DNA from: Thermoplasmatota archaeon
Lineage (GTDB): Archaea; Thermoplasmatota; E2; JACPAO01; JAHFTW01
Length of the DNA stretch: 64,000 nt
Direction of reading: 5' to 3'
NCBI GenBank assembly: GCA_041601615.1
Contig: JBFIHX010000002.1
Coordinates: forward strand, 96,001-160,000
Part shown: positions 1 to 10,089 of the stretch, piece after piece
Layout of the letters: the number at the start of each line of letters is the position of its first letter
Position numbering within the stretch: position 1 is the first letter of the stretch
Notes under the pieces: generated by a model
Seen by the model: the letters and a program-made list of their open reading frames with translations, nothing else
The model's database searches: none
What the model was told of the DNA's origin: nothing
Program-made: the position numbers and the translations under genes

Positions 1-2
1 TC

Positions 3-698
3 CTGGAAAATCCGGGCTTGCACCTGCGTGCCCTTGCCGAACGGCTGGAGATGCCGGTGTCGACGCTGGAATACCATTGTTATCAGCTCGTCAAGACGGA
101 TCACTTAGTCACGCGGGAAACGGCGGGGTTCAAGGCGTTCTATCCGGCGGAGGGCATGGATCGCCGCGACAAGGACATCCTGTACTTGGTGCGCCAGGAG
201 GGGCCGCGCCGAATCTGTGCGCACTTGCTCCTGCATCCGGGAGCAACGCCGAAGGACCTGAAGGGGGCCACAGGTTTGTCTGGGCCGACGCTCAGTTTCC
301 ACCTCAAAAAACTCTTGGCTGCCGCGTTGTTGCACGAGGAGCCGGCGGGCCGCACGAAGCTCCTGTCGCTGGTGGACGAAGAGCGCGTGGCGAACGTCCT
401 GGTCACCTACCGCAAGTCGTTTTTGGACGAAACCGTGGACGCGTTTGCCGCGACGTGGCTCGACATGGCGGCACCGCGTCGCAAGGCGAAAGCGACCGAG
501 AGCGCCGAGCGCAGCGTGGTGGAGCGTGCCATCGAAGCCGAGGAGACCGAGGACGCGAAGGACGCACCCACGAACGGCGCCAACAACCACGACTCGGCGC
601 AGCTAGGCGCTTCCGCTGCGACGGAGCCCGAATTCGAGGTGCACCACGCTGAGCCCCAAGTGCAAACCGAGGAGCCTCCTCCCTTGCGGCGTCAGTAA
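3..698 (+). CDS. Double winged-HTH transcriptional regulator (COG3398/ArsR-like), 5'-truncated by window edge
   Basis: Frame is open from position 3 (LENPGLHLRALAERLEMPVSTLEYH); second HTH 'HPGATPKDLKGATGLSGPTLSFHLKKL'; acidic low-complexity tail. Confidence 0.8.
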   Translation: MENPGLHLRALAERLEMPVSTLEYHCYQLVKTDHLVTRETAGFKAFYPAEGMDRRDKDILYLVRQEGPRRICAHLLLHPGATPKDLKGATGLSGPTLSFHLKKLLAAALLHEEPAGRTKLLSLVDEERVANVLVTYRKSFLDETVDAFAATWLDMAAPRRKAKATESAERSVVERAIEAEETEDAKDAPTNGANNHDSAQLGASAATEPEFEVHHAEPQVQTEEPPPLRRQ

Positions 699-2107
699 AG
701 GTCTTCGTGGCGCCGGCGCGGCAGGAGCATGGTTGCCGCGGCCACCATGACACCGCCGAGGCCCGCGGCGATGCCGATGAGCACACTCGGCTGGGTCAGG
801 TACTCGGCCACGTTTTGGAGCGTCACGATGTGGGTGCTCCAGTGCGGGAAACTCACCAGGACCTGGATGCCGTCGGCGTCTTGCACAATCCAGTATTCGG
901 GTTGGCCGGCGTCGTCGGTGGGGTCAAGCACATCCTTGAGGCCGCCGTCGGCCATTCCAAACACCACTTCGGTGCGGGTGCCGTCATCGTTGAGGTCAAA
1001 GTAGCGCAGCTTGAGCGCGGAGGTGGCAGATACCGAAAGCCCGTCTAGGAGTGCCGGGTCGAGATCCAGTACGACGGTGCGGCCGGCGTCCAGTTCGGCG
1101 CTGACTTGGATTTCGAGGATGCTGTCGCCCACGAGTTCGTCCGGAGCCGCGACTTGGACCTCCATGTCGTCGTATTCGGTAACTTCCACGTCGGAGACTG
1201 TGCGTTCGGCGCCGCCAGAGGGGCTGACGGGGGCCGAGGGGCTTTGGCCGCCTGCCATTTCTCCGGTGAATCCTGCGTCGCGGGCAGCAACGAAGGAGGC
1301 AGGAAGCTTGCGAATGGAGACTTTGGCCCCCAGGTGGCGGTCGGCTTCGGCTCGTTCTAGGGCTTCGTCCACTTCTTGTTTTTCGGGCGTGGAAGCGGGC
1401 TTGCTCTCCTTGGGTTCCAAGTGGAATGCCGCGAATCCATACACAGAAAGTTTGTCGCCATCAATGACGATGCGGTCCGAGGCGAGCTTGCCAGTCATTT
1501 CTCCATACTCAAGCAGGAGGAAATGGCCACGCTCCGTCATGCCGTGGCGACCAAGCAGGGTCCCCGCAGGCAAATCCAACAGGAGGGGTGCGGTCTTGCT
1601 CTTGTATTCGAGGTTGCCTCGAGCGGAGTCTTGCAGTTGCAGCACCGATTCGTTGGTGCGGATGCGCACGACGCCTTGGTGCACGTCGAGTGCTACTTCG
1701 CCTTGGTCTGTGAAGACGATGGCGTCGAAGGCGAGCCGGCCGTCGACCTCATAGGCAGTCAGAGTGCGGTTCTCTCGGTCCAACTCGAAGGAAACGTGGC
1801 GCGCGTCGCGGCGGGCGTCCTCCGTGTCCTGCTCGAACCGTTCTTCGCTTGATTGACAGCGTCGCTCCTCGGGATGCTCCTTGCAGTACGCTTCGGCGCG
1901 ATCCCGGGCGGTTTTGTTCTGGTCCGAGTCAGGCCGCTGTTCGCCTTGGTTGCTCGGAGGCGCATCTTTGCCGGCGCCGTCCCGGTCTTCTTTCGAATCG
2001 GGGCAAGAGTCGTCCCTGCATTCGTCGCCGTCATACCCGTTGGATTGCGCCGCTGCAAGGGGGAGCGACAGGAGCATGAGGGTCAGCAGGAACGGCAAGA
2101 TTCGCAT
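692..2107 (-). CDS. Secreted, membrane-anchored hypothetical surface protein
   Basis: Signal peptide MRILPFLLTLMLLSLPLAAA; acidic body; 'FPHWSTH' motif before a C-terminal TM and basic tail (PRRRHEDLY); start taken at ATG 2107. Confidence 0.7.
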   Translation of the reverse strand: MRILPFLLTLMLLSLPLAAAQSNGYDGDECRDDSCPDSKEDRDGAGKDAPPSNQGEQRPDSDQNKTARDRAEAYCKEHPEERRCQSSEERFEQDTEDARRDARHVSFELDRENRTLTAYEVDGRLAFDAIVFTDQGEVALDVHQGVVRIRTNESVLQLQDSARGNLEYKSKTAPLLLDLPAGTLLGRHGMTERGHFLLLEYGEMTGKLASDRIVIDGDKLSVYGFAAFHLEPKESKPASTPEKQEVDEALERAEADRHLGAKVSIRKLPASFVAARDAGFTGEMAGGQSPSAPVSPSGGAERTVSDVEVTEYDDMEVQVAAPDELVGDSILEIQVSAELDAGRTVVLDLDPALLDGLSVSATSALKLRYFDLNDDGTRTEVVFGMADGGLKDVLDPTDDAGQPEYWIVQDADGIQVLVSFPHWSTHIVTLQNVAEYLTQPSVLIGIAAGLGGVMVAAATMLLPRRRHEDLY

Positions 2108-2242
2108 GACTACAACCCTCATGGGGGCGCCGTAGGGTATAACCTCATTCGGACAAGGGTCGAACAATCGCGCTTCGGCCGCCCCCCGCTCAGCCCCAAG
2201 TCTTTATCATCTGCGGACTCCCCCGCCAACAGGAGGACCCCT

Positions 2243-3358
2243 TTGGCAACGATCGCGGAGCAGATCAAGGAGCTCGAGGCGGAGATCCTCAAGACGCAAA
2301 AGAACAAGGCGACGGAGTTCCACATTGGGAAACTCAAGGCAAAAATTGCCGCCTTGAAGCGTGACATGGAAAAGCAGGCGGCAGCCAGTGGTGGAGCGGG
2401 CCTGAGCTACTCCGTAAAAAAGAGCGGCAACGCCACTGTGGGCCTGATTGGACTTCCTAGCGTCGGAAAATCGACCATTCTGGGCGCCCTCACCGGAAAA
2501 GAATCCGAGGTGGCCGCGTACGCCTTCACCACCCTCACCGTCATTCCGGGCATGCTGAAGCATCGCCACGCGGACATTCAGATCCTCGACATGCCGGGCA
2601 TCATTGCAGGCGCGCACTTGAACAAGGGTCGCGGCAAGGAAGTGATTGCGGCCGCACGCAACTCCGACCTGATTCTGCTGACGCTGGACGCCAAGCAGGC
2701 CAAGAAGCACATGCCGGTGATCATCCGAGAATTGGAGCAGTCGGCCATTCGCATCAACCGCCGCGCCAAGGACATCAAGGTCTATTATACGGATCGAGGC
2801 GGCATCAACATCCAGAGCACCTGCAAGCAGTCGCACATGACGCTGGAGCAGATTGAGGACATTGTGCGCCAGTTCCGAGTCAACAACGCCGATGTAGTGG
2901 TGCGCGAGGACATCACCGTCGAGGACCTTGTGGACCACTTGAGCGGCAATCGCGTCTACATCAAGGCGGTCGCCATCGTCAACAAAGTGGATCTCGTGGG
3001 CGAGGAAGGATTCCAGGAAATCAAACGCTGGCTCAAAACCCAGGGGTTCCCGGCGATTCCCATGGTCGCCAATAAGAAAATGGGCGTGGAGCCGGCCAAG
3101 GACTTCATCTACGAAGCGCTTGGCATGATGCAGGTGTTCCTGAAGCCCCAAGGCGGCGAGGCAGACCTAGACGAGCCCCTGATTGTCATGGAAGACAGCG
3201 ACGTGGGCATGGTTTGCGACATGCTGCACCGCGAATTCCGCAAGAAGTTCCGATTCGCGAATGTCTGGGGCAAGAGCGCGAAGTTCCCCGGCCAAACCGT
3301 TGGAATTGACCACGTCTTGAAAGACGGCGATTTGCTCACTATTGTGACGCGGCGCTGA
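2243..3358 (+). CDS. drg: DRG/OBG-family GTPase with TGS domain
   Basis: TQKNKATEFHIG, GLPSVGKS, AYAFTTL, DMPGII, NKVD and C-terminal TGS (VWGKSAKFPGQTVG..HVLKDGD); TTG start after AGGAGG at 2231-2236. Confidence 0.95.
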   Translation: MATIAEQIKELEAEILKTQKNKATEFHIGKLKAKIAALKRDMEKQAAASGGAGLSYSVKKSGNATVGLIGLPSVGKSTILGALTGKESEVAAYAFTTLTVIPGMLKHRHADIQILDMPGIIAGAHLNKGRGKEVIAAARNSDLILLTLDAKQAKKHMPVIIRELEQSAIRINRRAKDIKVYYTDRGGINIQSTCKQSHMTLEQIEDIVRQFRVNNADVVVREDITVEDLVDHLSGNRVYIKAVAIVNKVDLVGEEGFQEIKRWLKTQGFPAIPMVANKKMGVEPAKDFIYEALGMMQVFLKPQGGEADLDEPLIVMEDSDVGMVCDMLHREFRKKFRFANVWGKSAKFPGQTVGIDHVLKDGDLLTIVTRR

Positions 3359-3393
3359 AGCTGCGCTCCGGGGTGGCCGAGGCAAGGCCTTGG

Positions 3394-3960
3394 TTACGGT
3401 CCGGTGCCGACGAAGAAGGCGTTGACGGCGCACTGGGCGACCCAGGACGTGGTGCCGAGCACCCAGGTTTCTTCGGCGACACAGCGCACGGCGTCGATGT
3501 GGTTGGTGGTGAGTTTGCCGGTGTACTGGATGCCGGGGGCGGGAGTCGTGACGCTGATGTCGTCTTGCACCAAGCCATTGCTCATGCAGGAGGTGGTTGC
3601 TTTGAGGAGTCCAACCGGGATGAGGCTAGGTGTGGGGAAGTGGTCCATGGGTACGCCAGGAGTGGGGAACCAGGCAATGGCGCCTGCGTAGATTTGGTTG
3701 CAACCCGGGAAGAATCCGGGCACGGACACGGGCGGCGGCGCGCAGGTGACTTCGTGGGTGAACGTCGGTCCCGCGCTCGTACTGCTGATGTTGCCGCAGG
3801 TCCAGCCGGGCATGGTCATGATGAGGTCCACGTTGCCGGTGCCGTCGCCCATCAAGACGATGAGTTCGGAGGAGTACACGGCGTCTGCGTCGTGGCCGAC
3901 GGAAAGGGGGGCAGAAAGCAGGGCCGTGAAGATGAGTAGAGCGACAGCAATGGAGCGCAT
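3394..3960 (-). CDS. Secreted hypothetical protein (6 Cys)
   Basis: Signal peptide MRSIAVALLIFTALLSAPLSVG; coding-like codon usage. Confidence 0.65.
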   Translation of the reverse strand: MRSIAVALLIFTALLSAPLSVGHDADAVYSSELIVLMGDGTGNVDLIMTMPGWTCGNISSTSAGPTFTHEVTCAPPPVSVPGFFPGCNQIYAGAIAWFPTPGVPMDHFPTPSLIPVGLLKATTSCMSNGLVQDDISVTTPAPGIQYTGKLTTNHIDAVRCVAEETWVLGTTSWVAQCAVNAFFVGTGP

Positions 3961-4070
3961 CGGCCCGTTACGGGGGCGTCGAGATTTGGCTGTGGCCGTC
4001 GCTTCCTTCCCCGCTTTGCGCTCGCCTTCCCTACGGTACAATCTTGTACAATCGCCGGAGTGGGCAAAAC

Positions 4071-4379
4071 GTGTCGGAGTGGACGGAAGCATTGGGTCTG
4101 GACGAACTTCCGGACGGATCACCCCATGCGGTTCGCGTGGGCACGACTCGCGTCTTGTTCGTGCGGCAGGCGGAGGCGGTGCATGCGTTCGAGGCTGTTT
4201 GTCCGCACAAGTTTGCAGATTTGGCCGAGGGACACTTAGAGGACGGGTGCCTGCATTGCCCGATGCACGATGCCGCATTCCATATGGATGGCACACCGCG
4301 CGCCGGGGACGAATGGGCAGGGAATTTGTCCCTGTACCCGTGCCGAGTGGAAGAGGGACGCGTCCTGGTTCAACTCTAA
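4071..4379 (+). CDS. Rieske [2Fe-2S] ferredoxin
   Basis: CPHKFA...CPMHDAAF Rieske ligand motifs; GTG start at 4071. Confidence 0.9.
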   Translation: MSEWTEALGLDELPDGSPHAVRVGTTRVLFVRQAEAVHAFEAVCPHKFADLAEGHLEDGCLHCPMHDAAFHMDGTPRAGDEWAGNLSLYPCRVEEGRVLVQL

Positions 4380-4454
4380 CGCGCCTCGGGAACAACCGTG
4401 GAGTGGACTCCGATAAGCAGCCAAGACTGCCGCGCGCCGAGGGCCGTGCGTAGC

Positions 4455-4724
4455 CTATTCGTTCATTTGGTCGGCGGAATGCCGCTGCATCATGGCAGCC
4501 CCCCAGGAGCGCCACAAGAGCCCGAAAGCAATCGGGCCCATCCAGGCGGCACTTAGAATCGCCGCGGCCTTTGCGTCCAATTCAAGGGCAACCAATGCGC
4601 CAAGAAAGAGGGCCAAGCCGAGCAGGCCGCCAATCAGGATGCCGGAACCAAGCAAGCGGTGTTGCCGGTAGAAGGGCTCTAGGTCATCCATGTGCTTGGG
4701 CTCGGGCACCACACCAAGGACCAT
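4455..4724 (-). CDS. Small 2-TM membrane protein (start uncertain)
   Basis: Two hydrophobic segments (LLGSGILIGGLLGLALFLGALVAL; AAAILSAAWMGPIAFGLLW). Confidence 0.45.
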   Translation of the reverse strand: MVLGVVPEPKHMDDLEPFYRQHRLLGSGILIGGLLGLALFLGALVALELDAKAAAILSAAWMGPIAFGLLWRSWGAAMMQRHSADQMNE

Positions 4725-4866
4725 GTATTGCAAGAAGGAGCAGGAAACCCGGATAGGCGTTGCCATGTAGCACGAGGAATAGTATCCACATGTCAACTCG
4801 TGTCTTCTTATAAACAACACACCCACGTTGTAGCGGATTGGAGGGCGCTGCGACGCTGTGTGCGGC

Positions 4867-5610
4867 TTATTCCGGTGATGTTCCCTCGATTTCGGTGACG
4901 CGCTCGCGCACGGTCCAGAGGGCGGGCCAGAGTGTCTGGTGGATGTCCTCTTCGAGTTGGCGCACGGCGTACCCTTTGAGGCTCTTGACGTCGCGACCGA
5001 TGATGCGCTTGACCACTGCAAGGTGCGCTTGGCGCCACAAGTAGACTTCCTGGTCGAAGTCGGTCATCGCTTCAAGCAAGACAAACAGGTCGCTGCGGTG
5101 TCCGGCGCGCAAGTACACATCGTCGATGCTCTCGGATTCTCGTTCGAGGAGGGCTTCTACGTGGGGCCAGACGGTCGGCGCTTCTTTTTGGAGGATGCGG
5201 AAGCCGGGGCTTTCGGCGCCGCTGCCGTTGCCAAGTTGCCTGCGTACTTCGTGGAAGTCGTTCGGAGCCATGGTGTCAAAGACCGCCAAGGCCATGGTGT
5301 TGGCGGCTATGGCCTTGCGGCATCGTCGCAGCAGGCGTACGGACGTAAACAGCTCGTCCGCGTCCAGGTAGCCCTTCAGGCGCCCTAGTTCCTCGCGAAC
5401 AAGCTTGAGCCACAGCTCGAAGCTCTGGTGGATGGTCTGAAACAGCAATTCATCAGGATGCGCTCGCTCTTCCGGCAGCTTCTGAAGGCTCAGGAGTTCG
5501 TCCACGCGCATGTATCGTTCGTAGTCGGTGTCGCCGGAGCCAGGAAGGCTCGGCCCGTCCGTTCCGTGAACGGGGCATCCGTGACCTGTGGCGATGTTTT
5601 CGTTGTCCAT
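4867..5610 (-). CDS. kynA: Tryptophan 2,3-dioxygenase
   Basis: YERYMRVDELLSLQ, HPDELLFQTIHQSFELWLK, GSGAESPGFR, WRQAHLAVVKRIIG. Confidence 0.85.
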   Translation of the reverse strand: MDNENIATGHGCPVHGTDGPSLPGSGDTDYERYMRVDELLSLQKLPEERAHPDELLFQTIHQSFELWLKLVREELGRLKGYLDADELFTSVRLLRRCRKAIAANTMALAVFDTMAPNDFHEVRRQLGNGSGAESPGFRILQKEAPTVWPHVEALLERESESIDDVYLRAGHRSDLFVLLEAMTDFDQEVYLWRQAHLAVVKRIIGRDVKSLKGYAVRQLEEDIHQTLWPALWTVRERVTEIEGTSPE

Positions 5611-5716
5611 GGAAGCCCTCATTGCGCATATCTGCGCAACCGCCCATCGGCGGCACCATTTCAACACATTGGCTTGTGGCCAAGGCCCTGAACGTTCCGT
5701 TCCTGCACGACAGGGA

Positions 5717-5723
5717 TTAAATA
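5717..5723 (+). promoter_or_regulatory. TATA box for a probable leaderless transcript
   Basis: TTAAATA about 25 nt upstream of ATG 5746 in GC-rich context. Confidence 0.5.
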
Positions 5724-5745
5724 GCCTCGGGGCCGAGCAAAGGGT

Positions 5746-5934
5746 ATGGGCCTCGCACGATTTGCCACCAAGCTCGCCTGGAAGACGACCAAGTTCACTG
5801 TGAAGCATGTGGTTGTCCCCATTGCCATCAGCGCCATGGCCGCCATTGTCATCAACGACATCGCCGAACGTGTTCGCGCCGGCACCCCGGAACCCCACGG
5901 CCGCGTGGACGCCGTCATCCGGCCCGAACCCTAA
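5746..5934 (+). CDS. Small hypothetical protein (62 aa) with one hydrophobic helix
   Basis: ATG at TATA distance; GC3-rich codons; fills the intergenic gap. Confidence 0.6.
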   Translation: MGLARFATKLAWKTTKFTVKHVVVPIAISAMAAIVINDIAERVRAGTPEPHGRVDAVIRPEP

Positions 5935-6022
5935 GCGCGCTCCAGAATCGTGCCCGTCTCCGCTGCGTTCGCGTGGCGGCGCCCCTCCCCACCTTTTTCA
6001 TCCCCCCCTTGGTCGCACCGCC

Positions 6023-7198
6023 GTGGTCGATTTCCTGCTCACGGATGAACAGCGCATGATTCGCGACATGACGCGAAGCTTCGTACAGGAGCACATTACG
6101 CCCGCGAACGTGCGCGAGTGGGAGCGCGCCGGCCACCACCCGGACGACATCTACACCAAGATGGCCGCACAGGGCTTGCTCGGCAGCAGTTTTCCGCAAG
6201 AATACGGCGGCGCGGGCCTCGACGCCATCGCCTACGCCCTGTTGACCGAAGAATTGGCCAAGGGGTGCAGCAGTTTGCGCACCAGCATCAGTGTCCACGG
6301 CAGCCTTGCCGGTACGACCCTGAAGTACTTCGCCGACGACGCACAAAAGAAGCGCTGGCTGCCAGACATGGCGACGGGCACGAAACTTGGTGCTTGGGCG
6401 CTCACGGAGCCCGGCAGCGGTTCGGACGCCGCCGGCATGAGCACCACCGCCCGCAAGGATGGCGATGCGTACGTCCTGAATGGCCAGAAGGCTTGGATCA
6501 GCAACGGTGGTATTGCCGACCACGTCATCGTCTACGCCAAAACCGACCCCGATGGCGGCCACAAGGGCATCAGTTGCTTCCTCGTCGACAAGGGCACGCC
6601 CGGCTTCGAGGTCATTGCGTTGGAGACCAACAACAAACTCGGTCTTCGCAGCAGCCCCACCGCCACGCTGGCCTTCGAGGAGTGCCGCATTCCGGCCGCC
6701 AACCGCATCGGCGAAGAAGGAAGCGGCTGGAAGAACGCCATGTTCGTGCTCAACCACGGCCGCCTGTCCGTGGCCGCTGGCGGTGTCGGCATCGCCCAAG
6801 CCGCCTATGAGGCGAGTCTCAAGTATGTCCACGATCGCCACGCCTTCGGCAAGCCCATCGGTTCGTTCCAACTCGTCCAAGCCATGATTGCAGACATGGA
6901 TGTGCAGATCCAAGCATCCCGCCTGCTGGTCTGGGAGGCCGCCCGCCGCCGAGAAGCCTACGACGCAGGCGAATGCAGCTACAAGGAATGGATGCTCGCC
7001 GTGAGCCGCGCCAAGTTGTTTGCCGCCGAGATGAGCCTCAAGGTATGCGAGGACGCCATCCAAATCCACGGCGCCAACGGCTACACGGATGAATTCCCCG
7101 TCGAACGGTACTGGCGCGACGCGAAAGTGCTCGGAATATACGAAGGCACGAACCAGATTCAGCGCCTCATCATCGCGCGCGCTGTGACGGGCCTCTAG
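6023..7198 (+). CDS. Acyl-CoA dehydrogenase
   Basis: ALTEPGSGSD, NGQKAWISNG, IQIHGANGY, IYEGTNQIQR. Confidence 0.95.
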   Translation: MVDFLLTDEQRMIRDMTRSFVQEHITPANVREWERAGHHPDDIYTKMAAQGLLGSSFPQEYGGAGLDAIAYALLTEELAKGCSSLRTSISVHGSLAGTTLKYFADDAQKKRWLPDMATGTKLGAWALTEPGSGSDAAGMSTTARKDGDAYVLNGQKAWISNGGIADHVIVYAKTDPDGGHKGISCFLVDKGTPGFEVIALETNNKLGLRSSPTATLAFEECRIPAANRIGEEGSGWKNAMFVLNHGRLSVAAGGVGIAQAAYEASLKYVHDRHAFGKPIGSFQLVQAMIADMDVQIQASRLLVWEAARRREAYDAGECSYKEWMLAVSRAKLFAAEMSLKVCEDAIQIHGANGYTDEFPVERYWRDAKVLGIYEGTNQIQRLIIARAVTGL

Positions 7199-7271
7199 GC
7201 TAGATTTGTAGTCGCAAGAGCCGGCCTTTGCCACGCAATCCTTGGCCCACCTGCCGATTCAGGGCGGGAGT

Positions 7272-8348
7272 CTAGCTACAGACAACGCCAAGCTTTCCGG
7301 TCTTCGCAGCCTTCTGGATATCGTCCGCGATGCGCTTGCCGGTGCTAAGGCCAGGCCCAATCATTTCCGAGTACGCACTGCCTTGCACGAACGGATTCGT
7401 TCCGGCAACGATCCGCGCCGAGATTTCGAACACCTTGAACTCCAAGTCGGGTGTGACGATGGTTTCGAGGCAGAAAGGGCCCCAGAGGCCGCCGAAGCGC
7501 TTGTAGGACTCAATGACGACGCCTTCGCCCATTTGGAACACCTTGGGCAGCAAGGATTCACGAATCACCATCGGGATGTTGCCCGTGACCACGAATTGCG
7601 GGTCGATGCCGGCCTCTTGTAGTTCCTTGATGGAGCCGATGCGGTTCAGTTCGTCAATATTGGACTCGTCGCGGCGGTCGATGCTGAGCATCTGCAAGTT
7701 GCCGTGGGCGCCGTCGGGGCCCACGACTTGGAAGCCGTCGTTGTCGATGCGGCTGTGGAAGTAGTGCAAGTAGTAGCGCGTGCCCATGACGAACTCTTGG
7801 ATCGTGTGGGGCTCGCCTTCCTGGATTTGGCGCTTGTATTCGTGGTAGTTCTTCGCGATGAAGAACCCCTTGCCGCCCTTCGCGCCGTGGTACTTGACAA
7901 TGACCGGCTCGGTGATGTCACGGGGGTCCTCGACTTCCTTGGGCATCGTAATGCCGGCGGTTTCGAGCCATTCGCGTTCCTTGTCGCGGTCCGACTCGAA
8001 GTCCAGCACCATGCGGTTGCCGTACACGGGCACTTCGATGCTCGTGAAGTCCTTGGCACCCATGTACTCAATGAGGCTGCCGTGCGGGATGATGATCACG
8101 TTCTGCTTGCGCAGCTCCGGCGCCATCGCAATCAGTTCATGGTAGGAACCGAGGCGCAGGATGGAGTCCGGTTTGGCCTCCGGAAACGCATCGTAGTACC
8201 GAAGGTCGCGATCGCCTGCGATGATTGCCATCGTCCGGAAGCCCAATTTCTTGGCTCCGTGGAAAATCTGCAGGCTGCTGTGCGATGCCGCAGTGGCGAT
8301 GCACAGATCACTCGTGTCGTAACCAGCAAGCCAGTCTTCGACGCCCAT
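7272..8348 (-). CDS. purP: PurP, formate-dependent FAICAR synthetase (ATP-grasp)
   Basis: SHSSLQIFHGAK, IPHGS, GAKGGKG, VTGNIPMVIRESLL, GPFCLE, FEISARIVAGTN. Confidence 0.92.
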   Translation of the reverse strand: MGVEDWLAGYDTSDLCIATAASHSSLQIFHGAKKLGFRTMAIIAGDRDLRYYDAFPEAKPDSILRLGSYHELIAMAPELRKQNVIIIPHGSLIEYMGAKDFTSIEVPVYGNRMVLDFESDRDKEREWLETAGITMPKEVEDPRDITEPVIVKYHGAKGGKGFFIAKNYHEYKRQIQEGEPHTIQEFVMGTRYYLHYFHSRIDNDGFQVVGPDGAHGNLQMLSIDRRDESNIDELNRIGSIKELQEAGIDPQFVVTGNIPMVIRESLLPKVFQMGEGVVIESYKRFGGLWGPFCLETIVTPDLEFKVFEISARIVAGTNPFVQGSAYSEMIGPGLSTGKRIADDIQKAAKTGKLGVVCS

Positions 8349-8368
8349 GGCGCGGCGAGTCGCAAGCG

Positions 8369-9199
8369 CTATTTGATGGGTGCGGGGGGAATTTCGTGTG
8401 CCAGCTGTACCGCGGGGTCAAATTCGAACCGCCCCCGCGCCACATCCACGACGCGCCCGCCCACTTCCGGCCGTCCTTCGACTCCGGCGCGGATGTGCAA
8501 TCGCGAATTTCGCCCCATTTCGACGCCTTGGTGGATCACGCGCTCCTTGGCCAGTTCTCCGGCTCGGTGCAACCAAGCAGCCAGCGGACCCGCCGCCCCA
8601 CCGGTTGCTGCATCTTCGTGGATGCCGACGAAATCGGCAAAGAAGCGAGCGTGGATGTCGTGGTCGGAATCGGTGGCAAAGACGTAGAGGCCCGCGACTT
8701 TGGGGCCGGAGTAGGCGCGGGCGTCCAGATTGGCCACGCGCACGGCGTCGGAGTCGGCCACGCGCACGATGCCCACCGGGGTGCCGGTGGAGACGACTTG
8801 GGCCGCGAGCGGGCGCACGCCGAGGCTGGCTTCGAGTGTGTCAAGCGGGATGTCCTCGCCGAAGGTGGCAGCAGTTTGCGCCATCCACAGTAGGTCGCCC
8901 TTGCGGCGCACGAGGATGCGGCCGACGGTCAAGTCGAGGTCCACATCGCCCCCAAGAACGTGTGCGGTGCCCAGCGTCGGGTGCCCGGCAAACGGCAGTT
9001 CCGTCTGCGGGGTGAAGATGCGCACGGGCCAAGCGCCGTCGCGGGCCGGGCCGGTGACGAACGTGGTCTCGGAGTGGTTCGTCTCGTTGGCGATGCGTTG
9101 CATCATCTCGGAGGAGAGTTTGTCCGCGCCTAGAACGACCGTGAGCGGGTTGCCGGTGAGGTGGCCTTGCGCGAACACGTCGACGACGCGGTACTCCAT
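8369..9199 (-). CDS. PhzF family isomerase
   Basis: VDVFA..GNPL, NHSETTFV, RIFTPQTELPFAGHPTLG, EDAATG, QGVEMGR. Confidence 0.93.
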   Translation of the reverse strand: MEYRVVDVFAQGHLTGNPLTVVLGADKLSSEMMQRIANETNHSETTFVTGPARDGAWPVRIFTPQTELPFAGHPTLGTAHVLGGDVDLDLTVGRILVRRKGDLLWMAQTAATFGEDIPLDTLEASLGVRPLAAQVVSTGTPVGIVRVADSDAVRVANLDARAYSGPKVAGLYVFATDSDHDIHARFFADFVGIHEDAATGGAAGPLAAWLHRAGELAKERVIHQGVEMGRNSRLHIRAGVEGRPEVGGRVVDVARGRFEFDPAVQLAHEIPPAPIK

Positions 9200-9281
9200 G
9201 CGGGGGGCACGGCGGGTGGGTTGATGAGGGTGGGGCCGTCAATGGACGGGCCGGAACCTTCCTTTCCCAGTCCTTAGTCCC

Positions 9282-9836
9282 GTGCCCGTGGACAAAACCG
9301 CCCTCCGCGCCCACATCCGGGCCCTGCGCTCCGGCTTGAAGACCTTGGTGCGAGCGCAGGAGGAGGATCTTGTGAATGCGGCAATCGTCAGCGACGAGGA
9401 TTGGCACGGCGCGCAAACGGTGTTGGTGTACAAGGCGGTGGGCAGCGAATTGTCCGTGGTATCGGTGACGAACAATGCGTTTCGTGCGGGCAAGCGAGTC
9501 TGTTTTCCCCGCGTCGGCCCCGGGCGCAGCTTGAGTTTGCACGAGGTCCAAGATTGGTCCGAGTTGTCGCCGGGTGCTTATGGCATCCCGGAGCCGTCGG
9601 AAACCGCGCCTGTGGTTGCTCCGGCCATGGTGGATGTGGCCCTGGTTCCGGGAGTGGCGTTTACCCCCGACGGTCACCGGTTGGGCCAGGGCGCAGGGTT
9701 CTACGACATGCTGTTGCCAATGCTTGGCGGTGTCTCCTGGGGTGTTGGTTTCTCCTGTCAAATCGTAGACGAAGTGCCCCGGGAGGGCCACGATCGGCCG
9801 GTGGATCGCGTGGTCTGGCCCGGCGCCATATATTGA
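9282..9836 (+). CDS. 5-formyltetrahydrofolate cyclo-ligase
   Basis: K.ALR N-terminus, YGIPEP, VPGVAF..DGHRLGQGAGFYD, HDRPVD. Confidence 0.92.
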   Translation: MPVDKTALRAHIRALRSGLKTLVRAQEEDLVNAAIVSDEDWHGAQTVLVYKAVGSELSVVSVTNNAFRAGKRVCFPRVGPGRSLSLHEVQDWSELSPGAYGIPEPSETAPVVAPAMVDVALVPGVAFTPDGHRLGQGAGFYDMLLPMLGGVSWGVGFSCQIVDEVPREGHDRPVDRVVWPGAIY

Positions 9837-10089
9837 TATGTTCGAGTCGTATTGAAATTGTCAACGTCTGTCGATGCGTTTGTGCTGGCTCTTCGCAGAT
9901 TGCCGTACCTGGGCCATGAAGGCTTATCTGCCGGGCCCTCTGAGCATGGCTTGATTGGCGCATGAACTCCAAGAACCCCCTCCAAGAGTTGCTGCACCAG
10001 CAAGTCGGAATTGACTCGTTCGCGCTCGATGGCGACGATACGCAGATTGTCGAAGCCTGGAGCGAGCGACCTCGGCGCATCCTCCTGCA

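Noticed and set aside
1853-2242. Long N-terminal extensions given by the ORF track (drg, also tiaS, fen, ACAD, ABC ATPase)
   Set aside because: Family homology starts at downstream GTG/TTG/ATG codons, and the extensions overlap neighbouring genes or promoters.
5915-7234. Long antisense ORFs (also 47530-48864, 37953-39302 and others)
   Set aside because: They are shadows of well-supported genes, caused by stop-codon scarcity at high GC.
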